Source: the human T2T-CHM13v2.0 reference genome, Homo sapiens
Assembly (NCBI RefSeq): GCF_009914755.1
Contig: NC_060930.1
Length of the DNA stretch: 64,000 bases
Reading direction: 5' to 3' (one strand)
The notes beneath the pieces are model-generated. The model saw only the letters and a program-made list of their open reading frames with translations, did not search any database and was not told where the DNA came from. Position 1 is the first letter of the stretch. Each line of letters begins with the position of its first letter. Below, piece after piece: positions 50,505 through 64,000 of the stretch. The position numbers and the translations under genes are program-made.

Positions 50505-51729
50505 AGTAGCATACCTTCCTTGCTCTTTCTCTCTTTCTCTATCCCTCTCTTTCCTCTATCTGAAACTAGGCAATGAAGATAGTAGATGAGATTATTTTCT
50601 ATTGACAGATCAGGAGATATTTTAAGTCTTTTTGCTGTTTATAATCATAGAAATACAGCCAGTCTGCTGTTCACATGGACTGTTCAGAGACCTAAATATA
50701 TTAAAATTGACGTATCATGTCAAATAAATACCATAGTTAATACATATCAGAGTCAAATTTCACTTATTTTCCTATAATTTGAGAGATGTATAGGGTTTTG
50801 GAAAACAGAAAGTAAAATACAGTATAATTAAGCCAAAATTGATATTTTGGGCTATTTTTGCATATCTAAGATGGAAAAATAATAATTCTGTGGATGATTA
50901 TAATACTGGTGATAATCGCAAAGGTTTTTAGATAATTAGATAGAAGACGCTAGTGATTTTTTAAAGAAAATATTTCAAAATAAAATTGCATTTTTGAGAC
51001 CAACTACATTTTTAAAACAATGTAATAAAAACACTAAAATTAAAAACAATCTTGAAATTTTTGTTTTTCTTTATTGGATGACAAGGTTTACGATTATTCC
51101 AGGGTTGGTATACTTCTGCCTAATTTTCCTTCTCTCCTTATAATCCTCTCTATATGTATTATCAGTCAATGTATAATACATATATACACATTTATACATA
51201 TATATTTTTATAATATGTATATTATGAAAATAATGGCTGCCTCTTACTATCAGCCACATGAAGATTGTACTAGGAACATTCCATATGTTATCTCACAACA
51301 ACCCCAGAGAAGAGGTGGTGCTATATCCATTTCATAGCTAGAAACACAGATCTCTCAAGTTTACATATTGGTAACTGGCATCTCTGGGATGCAAATCCAG
51401 CTCTTTCTGCAACATTAGAAAGTTACTGGATTGATTTCTACATAAGTCAAAAGATAGGTTTATTACTAAATAGTACTGAATTTACACAAAAATTTTCTCT
51501 TCCTTTTTTATATTCCCCCTATTCTTCTTCACTCTTGGAAGGTATTTTCCAGCATAACTTCCACTTTCCTGCACACTCTCCTCCCCGTTATCAGCTATGA
51601 GTAGTACTAACAACTGAAGTTCCTATGAGTGCAACAGACATAAACCAGTAGAAATTAATTTAGTAATTGTCAGAGCAGACAAATAATTCTGTTTCTCAAT
51701 GTCTGGCTGCTAAAATATCATTGAAAAGG

Positions 51730-52085
51730 TATTTTCTTAAATGCAAATTTTGGGGGCACCTCCTTCAAGTAATTCTGTTTAGGTGAACTGGGAAGAAGCC
51801 TAGGAAATCTCTGTGAAACCTTCTAAGGTGATTCTCATTCACAGGCAGGTTTGAGAACCACTGGATAAATCAAAAGCAGAACTGAGAGTTAATACTTCAT
51901 TAAGGCCAAGCTTAAGAATGACTCAGCTGCATATTAGAATCACCTTTTGACATCTTTGAAATCCTGATGTTCAGGCCCTGGCCCGGATCAATCACATCAG
52001 GATGTCTGGAGGTGGGATATTTTTAAAGTATTTTTAAAGCTCCCCAGGTAACTACAATATGCAGCCAATATCGAGAATCTCTAAG
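51730..52085. mobile_element. Two MER5-type (hAT-Charlie) fragments
   Basis: aggtgattct...gtttgagaaccactg; gctgcatattagaatcacc...aagctccccaggt. Confidence 0.65.
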
Positions 52086-52109
52086 GGTGGAAATAACCAG
52101 TCCGAGTTT

Positions 52110-52799
52110 TGTTATCAGAAGCAAATCTACAGGTCTGCAGCAACCTAAGTTCTTGCCTCCTCAGAGGAATGAATTTGACTGAGGAGCATAAGGCAGAAGG
52201 AGAGACTGAGGCAAGTTTTAGAGCAGGAGTGAAAGTTGATTAAACAACTTTAAACCAGGAATAAAAGGAAGTAAGGTACACTTGGAAGAGGGTCAAGCAG
52301 GCGACTTGAGAGAGTAAGTGTACAGTTTAACCATTGACTTAGGGTTTTATACATTAGCATGATTCCAGGGTCTTGTGTTCCTTACCCCCTGATTCTTCCT
52401 TTGCAGTGGGCTGTCCACATGCGCAGTGGTCTGCTAGCACTTGGGAGGGAGCATGTGCAGTGTGTTTACTGGAATTGTATACATGCTCACTTGAGGTGTT
52501 TTTTCCTTACCAGTCCAGTGTTCCTAAAGGAAGGTCATCCGCTCTTTTGCGTCTTAGTGCACATGCTTGCGCGCACTCACCCAACTCCTGAGATCTTATC
52601 AGGAAGCTGCTGATCGCCAGTTTCAGGTGTTTCTGTCTATTGGAAGACTGCCTTTCCCTGGTGCTGCTGCAACCAATTATTATTTTAGAGAGACTGTGTA
52701 ACAACTGCCTGACCATCACCTGATGGTTACCTGACATTCCTTTGGGATAGGGGGCTCTCTCCTGCCCTGCTCCTGTGTGACTAGCTACCTACCATTACA
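52110..52799 (-). mobile_element. MER50 ERV1 solo LTR
   Basis: Minus strand begins tgtaatggtaggtagctagtc; near-TSD gttt/gtct. Confidence 0.82.
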
Positions 52800-53972
52800 G
52801 TCTATTTTGGTTGGTTGTCCTGCAGTTCTCCTCTCTCTTTTCAGTGTTCCACTCTCTGGGCTAGAGTTGCAGAGTTGTCACCCTGAATGTGATGACATGT
52901 GAACATCCCTCTCCATCTTGACTATAGCTCCAACAGGGAGCAGGGAACTGGGTTTGCAGCTTCTAGGTGGCTTGTCTTCCACTGGATCAAAATATTTAAG
53001 TGTTGAAAACTGAAATGTGAAAGAACAATGTATCCTAATTTCATTTATTTATCCAACAGTTATTTAAGCTGAATGTAAACATTACCTCTCACTCACTAAA
53101 AGAAATGTAGGTTATACTCTATTTCTAACTTGCTTGCACAAATTCTGACACAAACACACACACACAGAGAGTTATATAATCTCTATTGAAAATTTTTGCT
53201 TAAAACTTTGTCGCTTTGTGTATTTCAGAACTGTGATGGGAAGAAAGGCAGGCAGAATTGTTAGGCACTCTAGGCTCCCTATAACTGCCTGTTTTGTCTG
53301 TGTAAGACTGGACACACAGAAGATAAAATTAAAATCTCAAAGATTATTGACGTTTAGCAGTAAAGGTGTCAAAAACAGATACAACATTTTATACACAGCA
53401 TTTCTCTGCTATTCCAATTCCCAAAGGGCATTGTTGGTAAAAGCTTTAAATTGAGTGGGGGATGATTCAGATTCCTCAGAGAAAACAGGAAGCCAGGGTG
53501 AGCATCCAGGGTCAGGCAATCAAAGCTAATGAGGTGATAAAGGACTGGAAGGCTATGAGTCATTGACACCTGCTGGAATTTTTTTCTGGAACACGTTTGA
53601 GTATACTTTTTATCTAAAATCTACCTCCACTCCTTTTTTTCCCCTAATGTGTTTGAATCTGGTCCAGCGTGCTCTTAAATCACCTCAAGGGTTGGGATGC
53701 TTTGCTCAGTGTCTGTCATAAGAACGTGAAATAAAATAGCAACACTCTGACTGGTGACTGGGAAGTAGAGAAAATTTTAAAATGACCTCCAGTTTATATC
53801 TAAGTCCATTTAAATCAGGGGATGGGATGGGCCCAAACTCCAGCAGGGTAAGCTCAGAATTTTATGAGTCAATTGTAAATGAGTTTGAAAACAAGTTTAG
53901 AACCTAAAATACAATTTGATTCAAAATTCCTCTAGGGAAAAAAAAAAAAGATTTTAAAACACAGCAAAATGT

Positions 53973-54378
<406 letters not shown>

Positions 54379-54836
54379 CTATTTAAATATGGGATAGCGG
54401 GAAGCTGACATTGTACAACAACAACAACAAAAAAGTACCAGGCTGATCCTGATATTGTTTTAACTCTGTCAGTAACTACGAGCCCTGAGGAAGTCATATA
54501 CAGTTTTCAAAACCTTAGGTTCTTCATACTTAAAAGAAAGGTAAGGCATAATTAGTATCTTCCACATCTCCAAAACGTTTAGTTCTGTATGTACTTGGAA
54601 ACTTCAAACTTCGGATTGTCTAAAAGATCCACATGTTTGTTTTATAAAGAAAATTGCTTTAAAATTGAATTTGGTACTTACAATTCCCTCCCCCTTTAAA
54701 AAACTAAAACCACCTGAATTCACCCTACTTCAATTTAGTCTATAGAAAATTAACAATGCTCTACTAAAATGCAGGCATTTTCCATAATGCAGAAAACGTT
54801 TCAAGGTAAAACATCTTTATAGAAATTGTTTCCCCT

Positions 54837-54898
54837 TGAGATTGTGCCACCGCACTCCAGCCTGGCGATGGACTGAGACTCCATCTAAAAAAAAAAAA
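54837..54898 (+). mobile_element. Severely 5'-truncated Alu
   Basis: gagattgtgccaccgcactccagcctgg + A tail; TSD aaattgtttccc. Confidence 0.88.
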
Positions 54899-54955
54899 AA
54901 ATTGTTTCCCTTTAATTCTACATCCCAAAACTGTTTTAATTAAAGAAGACCATGG

Positions 54956-55285
<330 letters not shown>

Positions 55286-57459
55286 TCAAGTAACTATCTC
55301 TGGAAAGAAAGAATAGATTTTACTATTCATGGATGGGATTTTTCAGTGTTTGACCAGCATACCATCCTCTTCCCTCTTGCAAGTTTTTCTTGCTGAATCC
55401 TTTTTTCCACCATCATCTTACCTCCCAACAACAGAAATACTTCTCTTAGTTTTCAGTTTCTTCATGAGTTTGTGGTTCAAAAAACTGTCTTGTCATTTCC
55501 AGAAGATTTTACTTCTTCCCTCCAAGTGATTCCAACATTTGACATAATAGAGGTAACTACCTTTTTTCTTGAGAAATTCATTAGCTATTTTGAGGCAAGT
55601 TTTGCTAATAGGACTTCATTCTTATCAGAAATGGTCTGCCTTTAGCTTTATTGTCTAATGTGATGGCAACCATCCAGTTTTAAAATGAATAAAGACTTCA
55701 GATTTACCATGCAATTCATAGAAGCTAAAAGGTGAAACCCATTGTGAATCTACATTGATTTAAAGTACAGAGAAGCTTACCATGTAATTCTGTTGTAAAA
55801 CACTATGGATTTACTGTACGATATAGAAGCTCATACTGTAGCTTTATTGTGAGACTCCTATTCACTGTGCAGTAGCATCAAACCAACTGAGTCACTTTAC
55901 GGTGAAACTCTGATTTAATATGGATCCCAAAGGATTGTATTATGTCTCTCTATGGTAATAAAACTTGAAATTTTGTTAATTCATTGTGAATTTCTCAGTA
56001 GAAGCCCTTCCATAGCGAAATTATTAATAACAAAGTTCATAGTACAAATATGCCCAAATCTGAGAGAGGAAATAACAATGTGATCATCTTTAGTGTTAAT
56101 TCACTTTAAGATTAACTATATTTTATAAATACTTTGAGACTGCTAGTGACTATCTTCATTTGCCCACATTTTATTTCCTATTTAGAAAAGTCTATTCATC
56201 ATTATTTGAACTACAAAACTAAATAAGATAGCATAAAATAGATTATTATTTGAGGAGTGATATTTTAAATATTCAGGAAAAAAGTATACTGTGGGAAGAT
56301 TGTCAAATTTGAAAATTATATAAAGGAAGCCATAAAGTGTATAAAATTTTATGCTATTTATTGGTCTAAATACCATAACTAATTTATAATATGTTTCCTA
56401 AATTTATAGATATTTTTCATTGGGAAAGAGTTATTGTTTAAAAGATTATAAATCTGTTACTCATTAGAATAGGCTTACTTTTCTTGAAATTTAATAAAAT
56501 AAGCTCTTTTCAGAAGAAACTCAGTGTCAAACTTTTTTTATGTATGTTGGGGTTTTGTCCTTTTTATAAAGTATTCAAATCTGTCTTTTTCTTAACTCTG
56601 CATATTTCTTCTCTAACTTGTAAATGTGTGCTTAGCAGTAAGAAAATGAGTGAATAACCCTGTATTTCAGTCCTGTCTATTCAAGAAATACATTGTGATT
56701 TAGTGTGCTAGAAAGATTCTTTTGAACTTTATAGACAGATACAAATCTGTAAGATATCTTCCAGAAAGTTTCATTTTTGAATGTCCTCTTTTTCTTAAAT
56801 GTATATAGAATTTAACTGTGAAGAATGATGTTTGAGGGACTGCTTGAATCTGATATATCATTATATTTTCTGTCAGTCAAAAACTAAATACCTCGGCAGT
56901 CTATTAAAACTAATGAAGTAAATTATTTTTTAAAAATCACACACACTCAAAAAAAATAGTGCTCCTTTATCCTATCCAAAGCAATGAGAATTATTGAGAA
57001 TGGAGAGAAGGAAACAAGCCAAGAGGCCAAAACACATTGAGATTAAAAGCCTGAAACTAGTCCCACATTTGCTTCCTCCTCTCCCCCCAGCGCGCACAGC
57101 ATGTCTGCCCCCAAGGGAATTCCTTTTTTTAAGCTGTAGCCCCCAACTAAAGAGGTCTCAAACTGTGTGGGCGTGGTAAAGAGAAATACATGTCTTCTCT
57201 CTTGTCACAAAAGATTAAAAATTCTGAAGGTCATTTGCAAATACTTAATTCCTGCTTCCTTCTCCAACTGGAATAGTTAAAAAAACAAACAAAAAAAATT
57301 TTTTTTTAATTTAAATGCATGCTTAACAAATATCAGGTACTATTTTAGTAGTTCTGCATGCATTAACTGATTTAATCCTCACATTGACTTTCGAAGTTTT
57401 ATTGCGACCCTCATTTTACCAATGCAGAAGCTGAGCACAGAAGGTTAAAAAAAAAAAAA

Positions 57460-57563
57460 AAAACTACCCAAAGACTCAAGAGATAGTAAGTGGTAGAGCT
57501 GAGCCTCCAACAAAACTACCCAAAGACTCAAGAGATAATAAGTGGTAGAGCTGAGCCTCAAAC
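57460..57563. repeat. 52-bp tandem duplication inside a MIR
   Basis: aaaactacccaaagactcaagagata(g/a)taagtggtagagctgagcctc(c/a)aac twice, 2 mismatches. Confidence 0.92.
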
Positions 57564-57727
57564 TCAGATAGTCTAATTCCAGAGACTACACCATGTAAGA
57601 CTCCACACTCAACTTCCCCAATAAGCCTAGTGACTATACTTTTTCAGGTTGTACAGTTGTTTGTGTTTCTTTGTAGAGATTTAGATCTATTACAGATAAA
57701 TACATTATTTCCTTCTATCCCATTACT

Positions 57728-57729
<2 letters not shown>

Positions 57730-57764
<35 letters not shown>
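57730..57764. repeat. (TG)n microsatellite
   Basis: Seen directly. Confidence 0.95.
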
Positions 57765-57767
<3 letters not shown>

Positions 57768-58476
57768 CTGATGTGAATAATGCATTTCAGAATTCTTTAC
57801 AGTACTGTGGGCAAATGCAATGTGTAAAATGTCCTTTCCTGTTGTAAGTACATATCCTGAAATAGCTGTTTCTGTCCTATGAAAATCTGCACTTATTATT
57901 AACAAGAATAAAGAGGTGTTGCATAACTCCAACTAGTATCAAACAAAAACCATGTGATCTCTTGACATTGCAAGAATTTTCCCTCCTGGGAATATCAGAT
58001 AGCTCAAAAAGGTTAAACGTGCTGCCAAAATTATATTCTTAAAAATATCCCAAACCATATAAGACAGAAGCCATTCAATCAGAAACTATTCTGTATGGAA
58101 TCTCTCTCCTTCCTAAAAGAAATAAGTGATGAAGTGAAATGAGATCATTCACATGTCAAGAAGGTATTAACTGTCTTAGCTGCAATCTTGATTAATAGTC
58201 ATCACATTGGACCTAATAGCACAGTGGATAACATACTTTTTTAAGCATGTAAAAGCCTTCCTCAGATATTAAGAAGATATTCTAGGTATGAGAACAGCTG
58301 TTTGGCTTCTGTAGCAGTTTAGAATAGCAAATGTTAGCTCCAAGGGCACACGAAACTATAAGCATAGAAGTGGCATCTTGAAAGCAGCAAAAACCTCTGT
58401 GGATTTTTTTTCCCCTCAGATTCAGGGCTTATGGAAACCTCTGTGAACTACTGGACAGGTCTTGATCTTGCAGAAC

Positions 58477-58627
58477 AGTGCTTCTCAAACTTAAGCATTC
58501 AGAGAATATGCCTAGAGCCCTTGTGAAAATACACATTTCTGAGCCTGTCAGTTTGCATTTCTAAAAAGCTCAGAGCTAATGCTTCTGCTGCTACAAGGAC
58601 CCCAGTTTAAGTCACTTTGAACAGTGC
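58477..58627. mobile_element. MER5-type DNA transposon
   Basis: cagtgcttctcaaactt...tttgcatttctaa...cactttgaacagtg. Confidence 0.65.
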
Positions 58628-59791
58628 TATTTCAGGGCATCCTGTAACCACTGTGAATCCTGAAACTGCCTCACTTTTTTCACTATTCTATTCTTTTCTC
58701 TCATACCAGTGAGACAGAGAAACAGCTCTGGCAACCATAAGGTCACTGTGCAGCATAGGGCTTCTCTAACTGGGAACGTGAGCATGAATATCAAGTATTT
58801 CTGAAACGGGGGAACCATTCTATCCCACCTTCTCCATGAGCTTCAATGAGGCAGGTGGCCTTGCCAATTGAATTCTTGGTTGTTGTTTCATTCTATGAAG
58901 AGAAGCCATGAGGATTTGTAGTACATGTAGGGTCTAATTCAAATGCTCTTTGCAGATTTCAGTCAAGACATTTCTTTATTCTCCACTTGGCTTTAGGCTT
59001 CTGTTAATCTAACCCATAGCATAGTTTTCAGTTGAAGTGTTGAGTAGTTAAATCATACAATCACTCAGTGTCACATCTTAAGAGGGATGTCCAAAGAAGC
59101 TTAATATAATACATTTGTGAAGCTTCTTAGCAATAGGATCTGACTTTGTATGTAGTATTTTTATGTAAAAAAAAAAAAGGAAAACAATTAGTGTAACAGA
59201 TTTGTTGTTATAGGTAAAAAGGACATGCTCATTTAATGGATGGGGGAATTGTGGCTCTAAAAATTAGAATACTTTTTCAAGAACGTGTGTCAAGAACATT
59301 GAGAGACAGACAGCAGGCCTGCTGTGTGCCACAGTATGTGGAATGATGTGAAGCTGTAGCTGAAGCAAGCTGCCAAGCGGGCCTCCTAGGTCCATCATTG
59401 GATAAAGGACACAACTGAGGCTAGAACACCTACAGTGCCAGAAAGAATTGAAGTAGCACTGAGATGGCAGAAGAGAGGGAACTCGAGGATGCCCTCACCA
59501 TGTGAAGAGAAGAGACTGCATGTCTCACTAGCCCTCCTAGCCTGAAACAATAGGCGGCAGCAGATGACTAATTACCAGGTGTGAGAAGGGACTTCTTCTA
59601 GAGGGAGGCCAGTGAAGACTCTAAAAATAGTAAAGAACCAATATGTAGATTTTTAGGCCAACAGAGTGAGGAAGAGGTGATAAATTAAACACCAATGTGT
59701 TGACTTTGAAATACCTGTGGGACATTTGAGTGGATGTACACTTTGAGAAACTAACTTGACAATCATTCACTTATAAGTAAAAATTGAAGGT

Positions 59792-60698
<907 letters not shown>

Positions 60699-63204
60699 TT
60701 AGAGGGAAGAAAGGACCAAGAATGGAAGGATCTTGAATAATATTCAACATCGAATTTCAGGCAGAAAAGAGGAATTCACAAGACATTGAAAAGCTGAGAA
60801 GTGGCCAGAGAAAGAACATCTAGAACCTCTAGTGCCTTTCAAGTCAAAAGAAAACCATTTTGACAAAGAGGTAGAGGTCAGCAATTTCAAATTCTGTTTA
60901 CTAGTCATAAAACATGAATGAGAAATGTCCCCTGTATTTAACAAGTGGAAGGTTATGATTAACCTTGGTGAGAACAGTTGAAGGGGACTGGTGGAGGTAG
61001 AAACGAAAATATTTGGGGGCAGTGATGGGAAGCTATGAGGAGTAAATAGAGGAAGTAGAAAGAGCAAGGACATGTAACTTAATCAATAAATTTGATTTTA
61101 AAGACAAGGACAGAAGTGAGAAGGGTACTTCGGATTAATAGATTTTTTTCCGTGTGTATGTGTGTGTGTATGTGCGCGCGCGTGTGCATTATGCACCTTG
61201 CAACCATGTCAATGTGCTTAAATTCTGATGGGAAAGAAACACCAGGAGAGGAACATACTGGAGATACAGTAGAGATTGGGTACTCTCATGAGAAGGCCAC
61301 AGGGGTGGGATCCTGCCAACAATGAGAGGCACCCCTTGCACTGAAAGTTAAGAGAAGGAAGAAAAGTGCTAAGTCTGAGATAAGACGCCTGTTCTTTGTC
61401 AGGGAATTAAGGAAGTGTGGCCACGGGACACAGCACTATTAGAGTTAGTTGTATCTGCCCTTTGCTAGCCACATTTCTTTTCCTTCTTCAAGTGCTGGGG
61501 ACATGGGACCTTATAACCCTTGCCATCCAGTGAGAAAGGTAGTTGGAGCCAAAGAAGTCTGTGATCCAGCCCAAGACTTCGCATTGCTTGATCAATGGCA
61601 TCCTCCTCTATGCTGTTTTGTTCTCTCCTCACCACATAAATTCTATCCTCCATCCATAGACATTTAGAAACATTTGTTCTCTCACTTAAAGTTAAAAGCT
61701 CTTTGTGGGAGAAAAACATGTATTGTCCAGTTTTGTATCTTCCCCTTCGTAACTTACATACAAATGGCTCTCAAAAGCAATTATTTCAAAAATTGAATAA
61801 AAATGCTACCTAGTGTCTAACTTAAACAACAATTCATTATCTAACAATCCTTTTTCACTTCAAACACTGAAGTATCATTTCTGTTTACCTCATAAAAAGT
61901 GAATTGATATATATGTTTTCTAGTGATCACAGAAAGAAGACACTTTGTAGCATTTATTTAATTTGTAGATATTGTAGAAGCTCTTATAATGTGATTCATT
62001 TTAATGAACCTCCAAATAAGTAACAAATTACTGGATTTTCTTTTTTTCATAGTTTATTAAAGATTTCTTCTTTAGTTCTTTTCAGACCTATTTATTTCAA
62101 ATCTATTGTAGAGTCATCCAAAATTTAAGACATTTAGATTAATTTTAGGCATTACAGAATGCAGCTAATGTTTCTATGGTTTCATATTTCTACGTCTCTT
62201 GAATGTACCCTTAAATATTGGTAATATCGTATCCTGTCAACACTCCTTTCCCCCCCCCTCTGATATTGAGCCTGTATTTAATATCTATTAACCTAAAAAT
62301 ATTCAAATGCAAGTCATGTGATTGGGAATGCCTTTCTGCTGTTAGTATTTCTAATACATTTTTTCAATTTTCATTTATTCAAAGTAACTAGATTGAAAAT
62401 CCAATTACTTTTATGTTTAATATTCAGCTTTGCTCTGAATTCTGAGCCAACACTGTTTAATGGTACGTTGCTGCCCTCTAGCTTATGTTTGAAAAGTTTT
62501 CTATAATGTAACAATTTATCCAGTAGTCTCTTGGATATGCCCAATACATTGATATTCATTTGTATTTAATGAATCCTATATTAGCAGTTTTATAAACATT
62601 AAATTTTTATAGTTATTAATTAAAGTGTTATTTTTCTTTCCAGGTAAAACTGATCTTATTAATCTTAGGAAACATCTTGAAGAGACAAGAAAACCTTTGT
62701 TATGTCATTGTGTAGCAGGTTCTCAGCCAATTTCTTTTTCCCTTAATTTACACATTTCGCCTCCATATAGGTTGGCTATTTTCAAAAATCAGTGTGTTTT
62801 CTTATCTTTTATTTCTTAAGCAGCCAGAGAGAAGTATCAACTCTTTTATGCTCTCAATGAATGCTGAGTTCTTGTCAAAGAATATTTCTAAAAATGAAAC
62901 AAAATAAATTGATTGGCACTATTTCAAATTCTAAGGATGGTCAGAAATTTCAGCCAGGTGTTTTTTGTGTTCAAACAAATTAAGAAACTACTTAAGGCTT
63001 GAATTACTGTTATCTGACCAAAGTTCTGAAATAATGTTATGGCATCATACTTCTTTGTCATAAGACCTTCTGGCCTGGATAGAGTTATCAAGCATGTATC
63101 TACTACCTACTTCTGTTCATTTTAATGCCTAGAAGCCTTAAAACTAAAATGTAATATTCAGCATAATTTTCAGTATTGTACTTAGCTGAGACTGTAGTGA
63201 AGGG

Positions 63205-63420
63205 CATTCTGGTGTAGCACAGAGACCATGAGACTGAAAGTAGAAACCTGGATTTGATTCCTAGTTCGTTCAACACAACAACTTTTTAGGGTCTTAAATC
63301 TCTTGTTTTTAAAAATAATAAGTCTACCTTTCTCATAAAATTGTAGACAGCATGAAATAAGGAAATGAATGAGAAAGTGCCCACACGATGTATGTTATGT
63401 ACTAAGAGCTTAATAAACCT
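63205..63420 (+). mobile_element. MIR
   Basis: tggtgtagc...aaacctggatttgattcctag...gaaagtgccc...gcttaataaa. Confidence 0.55.
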
Positions 63421-63853
63421 TTGTTTAATCCGTATCTAGTATAAACATTCAATTGTTCCTAGTCTTCTGATTAAGAGTAATTCTCTGCCTTTCTTTCTTC
63501 TTCTCTTTTATCAAAGTTTTCTTGCTCTTCGCGTGTCTTTTTATATACTGTTTTTCAGTCAGGCTTCTTTTTAAAAATTCTAGCTACTTTAAGAAAAAAA
63601 GAAATTTATTTAAAAAATATTAGATATTTAATAGAATCTCGGAGGGCCAGAAAATCAGGTTCAGAAGAACAGGCTTGACTGTTCCAGAGACCCGACAGCC
63701 ACTGGCACTGGCAATAGCACCACCAATGCCCCCCCACAATGCCACCCCAGGATGGCACCCATGGATGCCTGTCGCTGCTGCCTCCCTCAAGCTCAGCAGA
63801 GTGGAGTCCATGTTTTATGACTGCATCTGATTGGCAGAGTCCTTGTACCATGG

Positions 63854-64000
63854 TGTGTCCGGAATTGGTGGGTTCTTGGTCTCACTGACTTCAAGAATGA
63901 AGCCCCGGACCCTCGCGGTGAGTGTTAACAGTTCTTAAAGGCGGCGTGTCCGGAGTTGGTTCCTTCTGATGTTCGGAGTTTCTTTCTTCTGGTGGGTTCG
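63854..64000 (-). mobile_element. LTR12 (LTR12C-like, ERV9) 3' end, continues past the window
   Basis: tgtgtccggaattggtgggttcttggtctcactgacttcaagaatgaagcc...ttctggtgggttcg. Confidence 0.92.

Noticed and set aside
57080-57125. GC patch with a gggaattcc NF-kB-like site and a catg p53-like half site
   Set aside because: Short motifs are expected by chance in 64 kb; no supporting context

Overview
Repeat-dense, AT-rich primate genomic DNA, most likely human. From the FKBP1C sequence I recall this as 6q12, but I have not verified that. I cannot support any multi-exon protein-coding gene. Two L1-mediated retrocopies dominate the window. (1) An intact FKBP12 retrogene (FKBP1C, 1339-2941). Its target-site duplication (TSD) supplies an extra in-frame ATG in strong Kozak context, and it sits at a site that appears to have been hit by three separate insertions. 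(2) A 4.3-kb TSD-bounded composite retrocopy (17321-21640): SPTLC1 exons 1-3 spliced to an antisense Alu, which is split by an SVA2 VNTR element, followed by a complete antisense intronless NPAP1/POM121-related (UPF0607-type) gene with its upstream region, stop codon and polyA signal. This passenger gene inside a host retrocopy is the most interesting system here. The rest is Alus, L1/L2/MIR, ERV/MaLR LTRs, DNA transposons and microsatellites, plus a few repair or duplication scars. Repeat subfamily names come from remembered consensus sequences and need RepeatMasker/Dfam confirmation.
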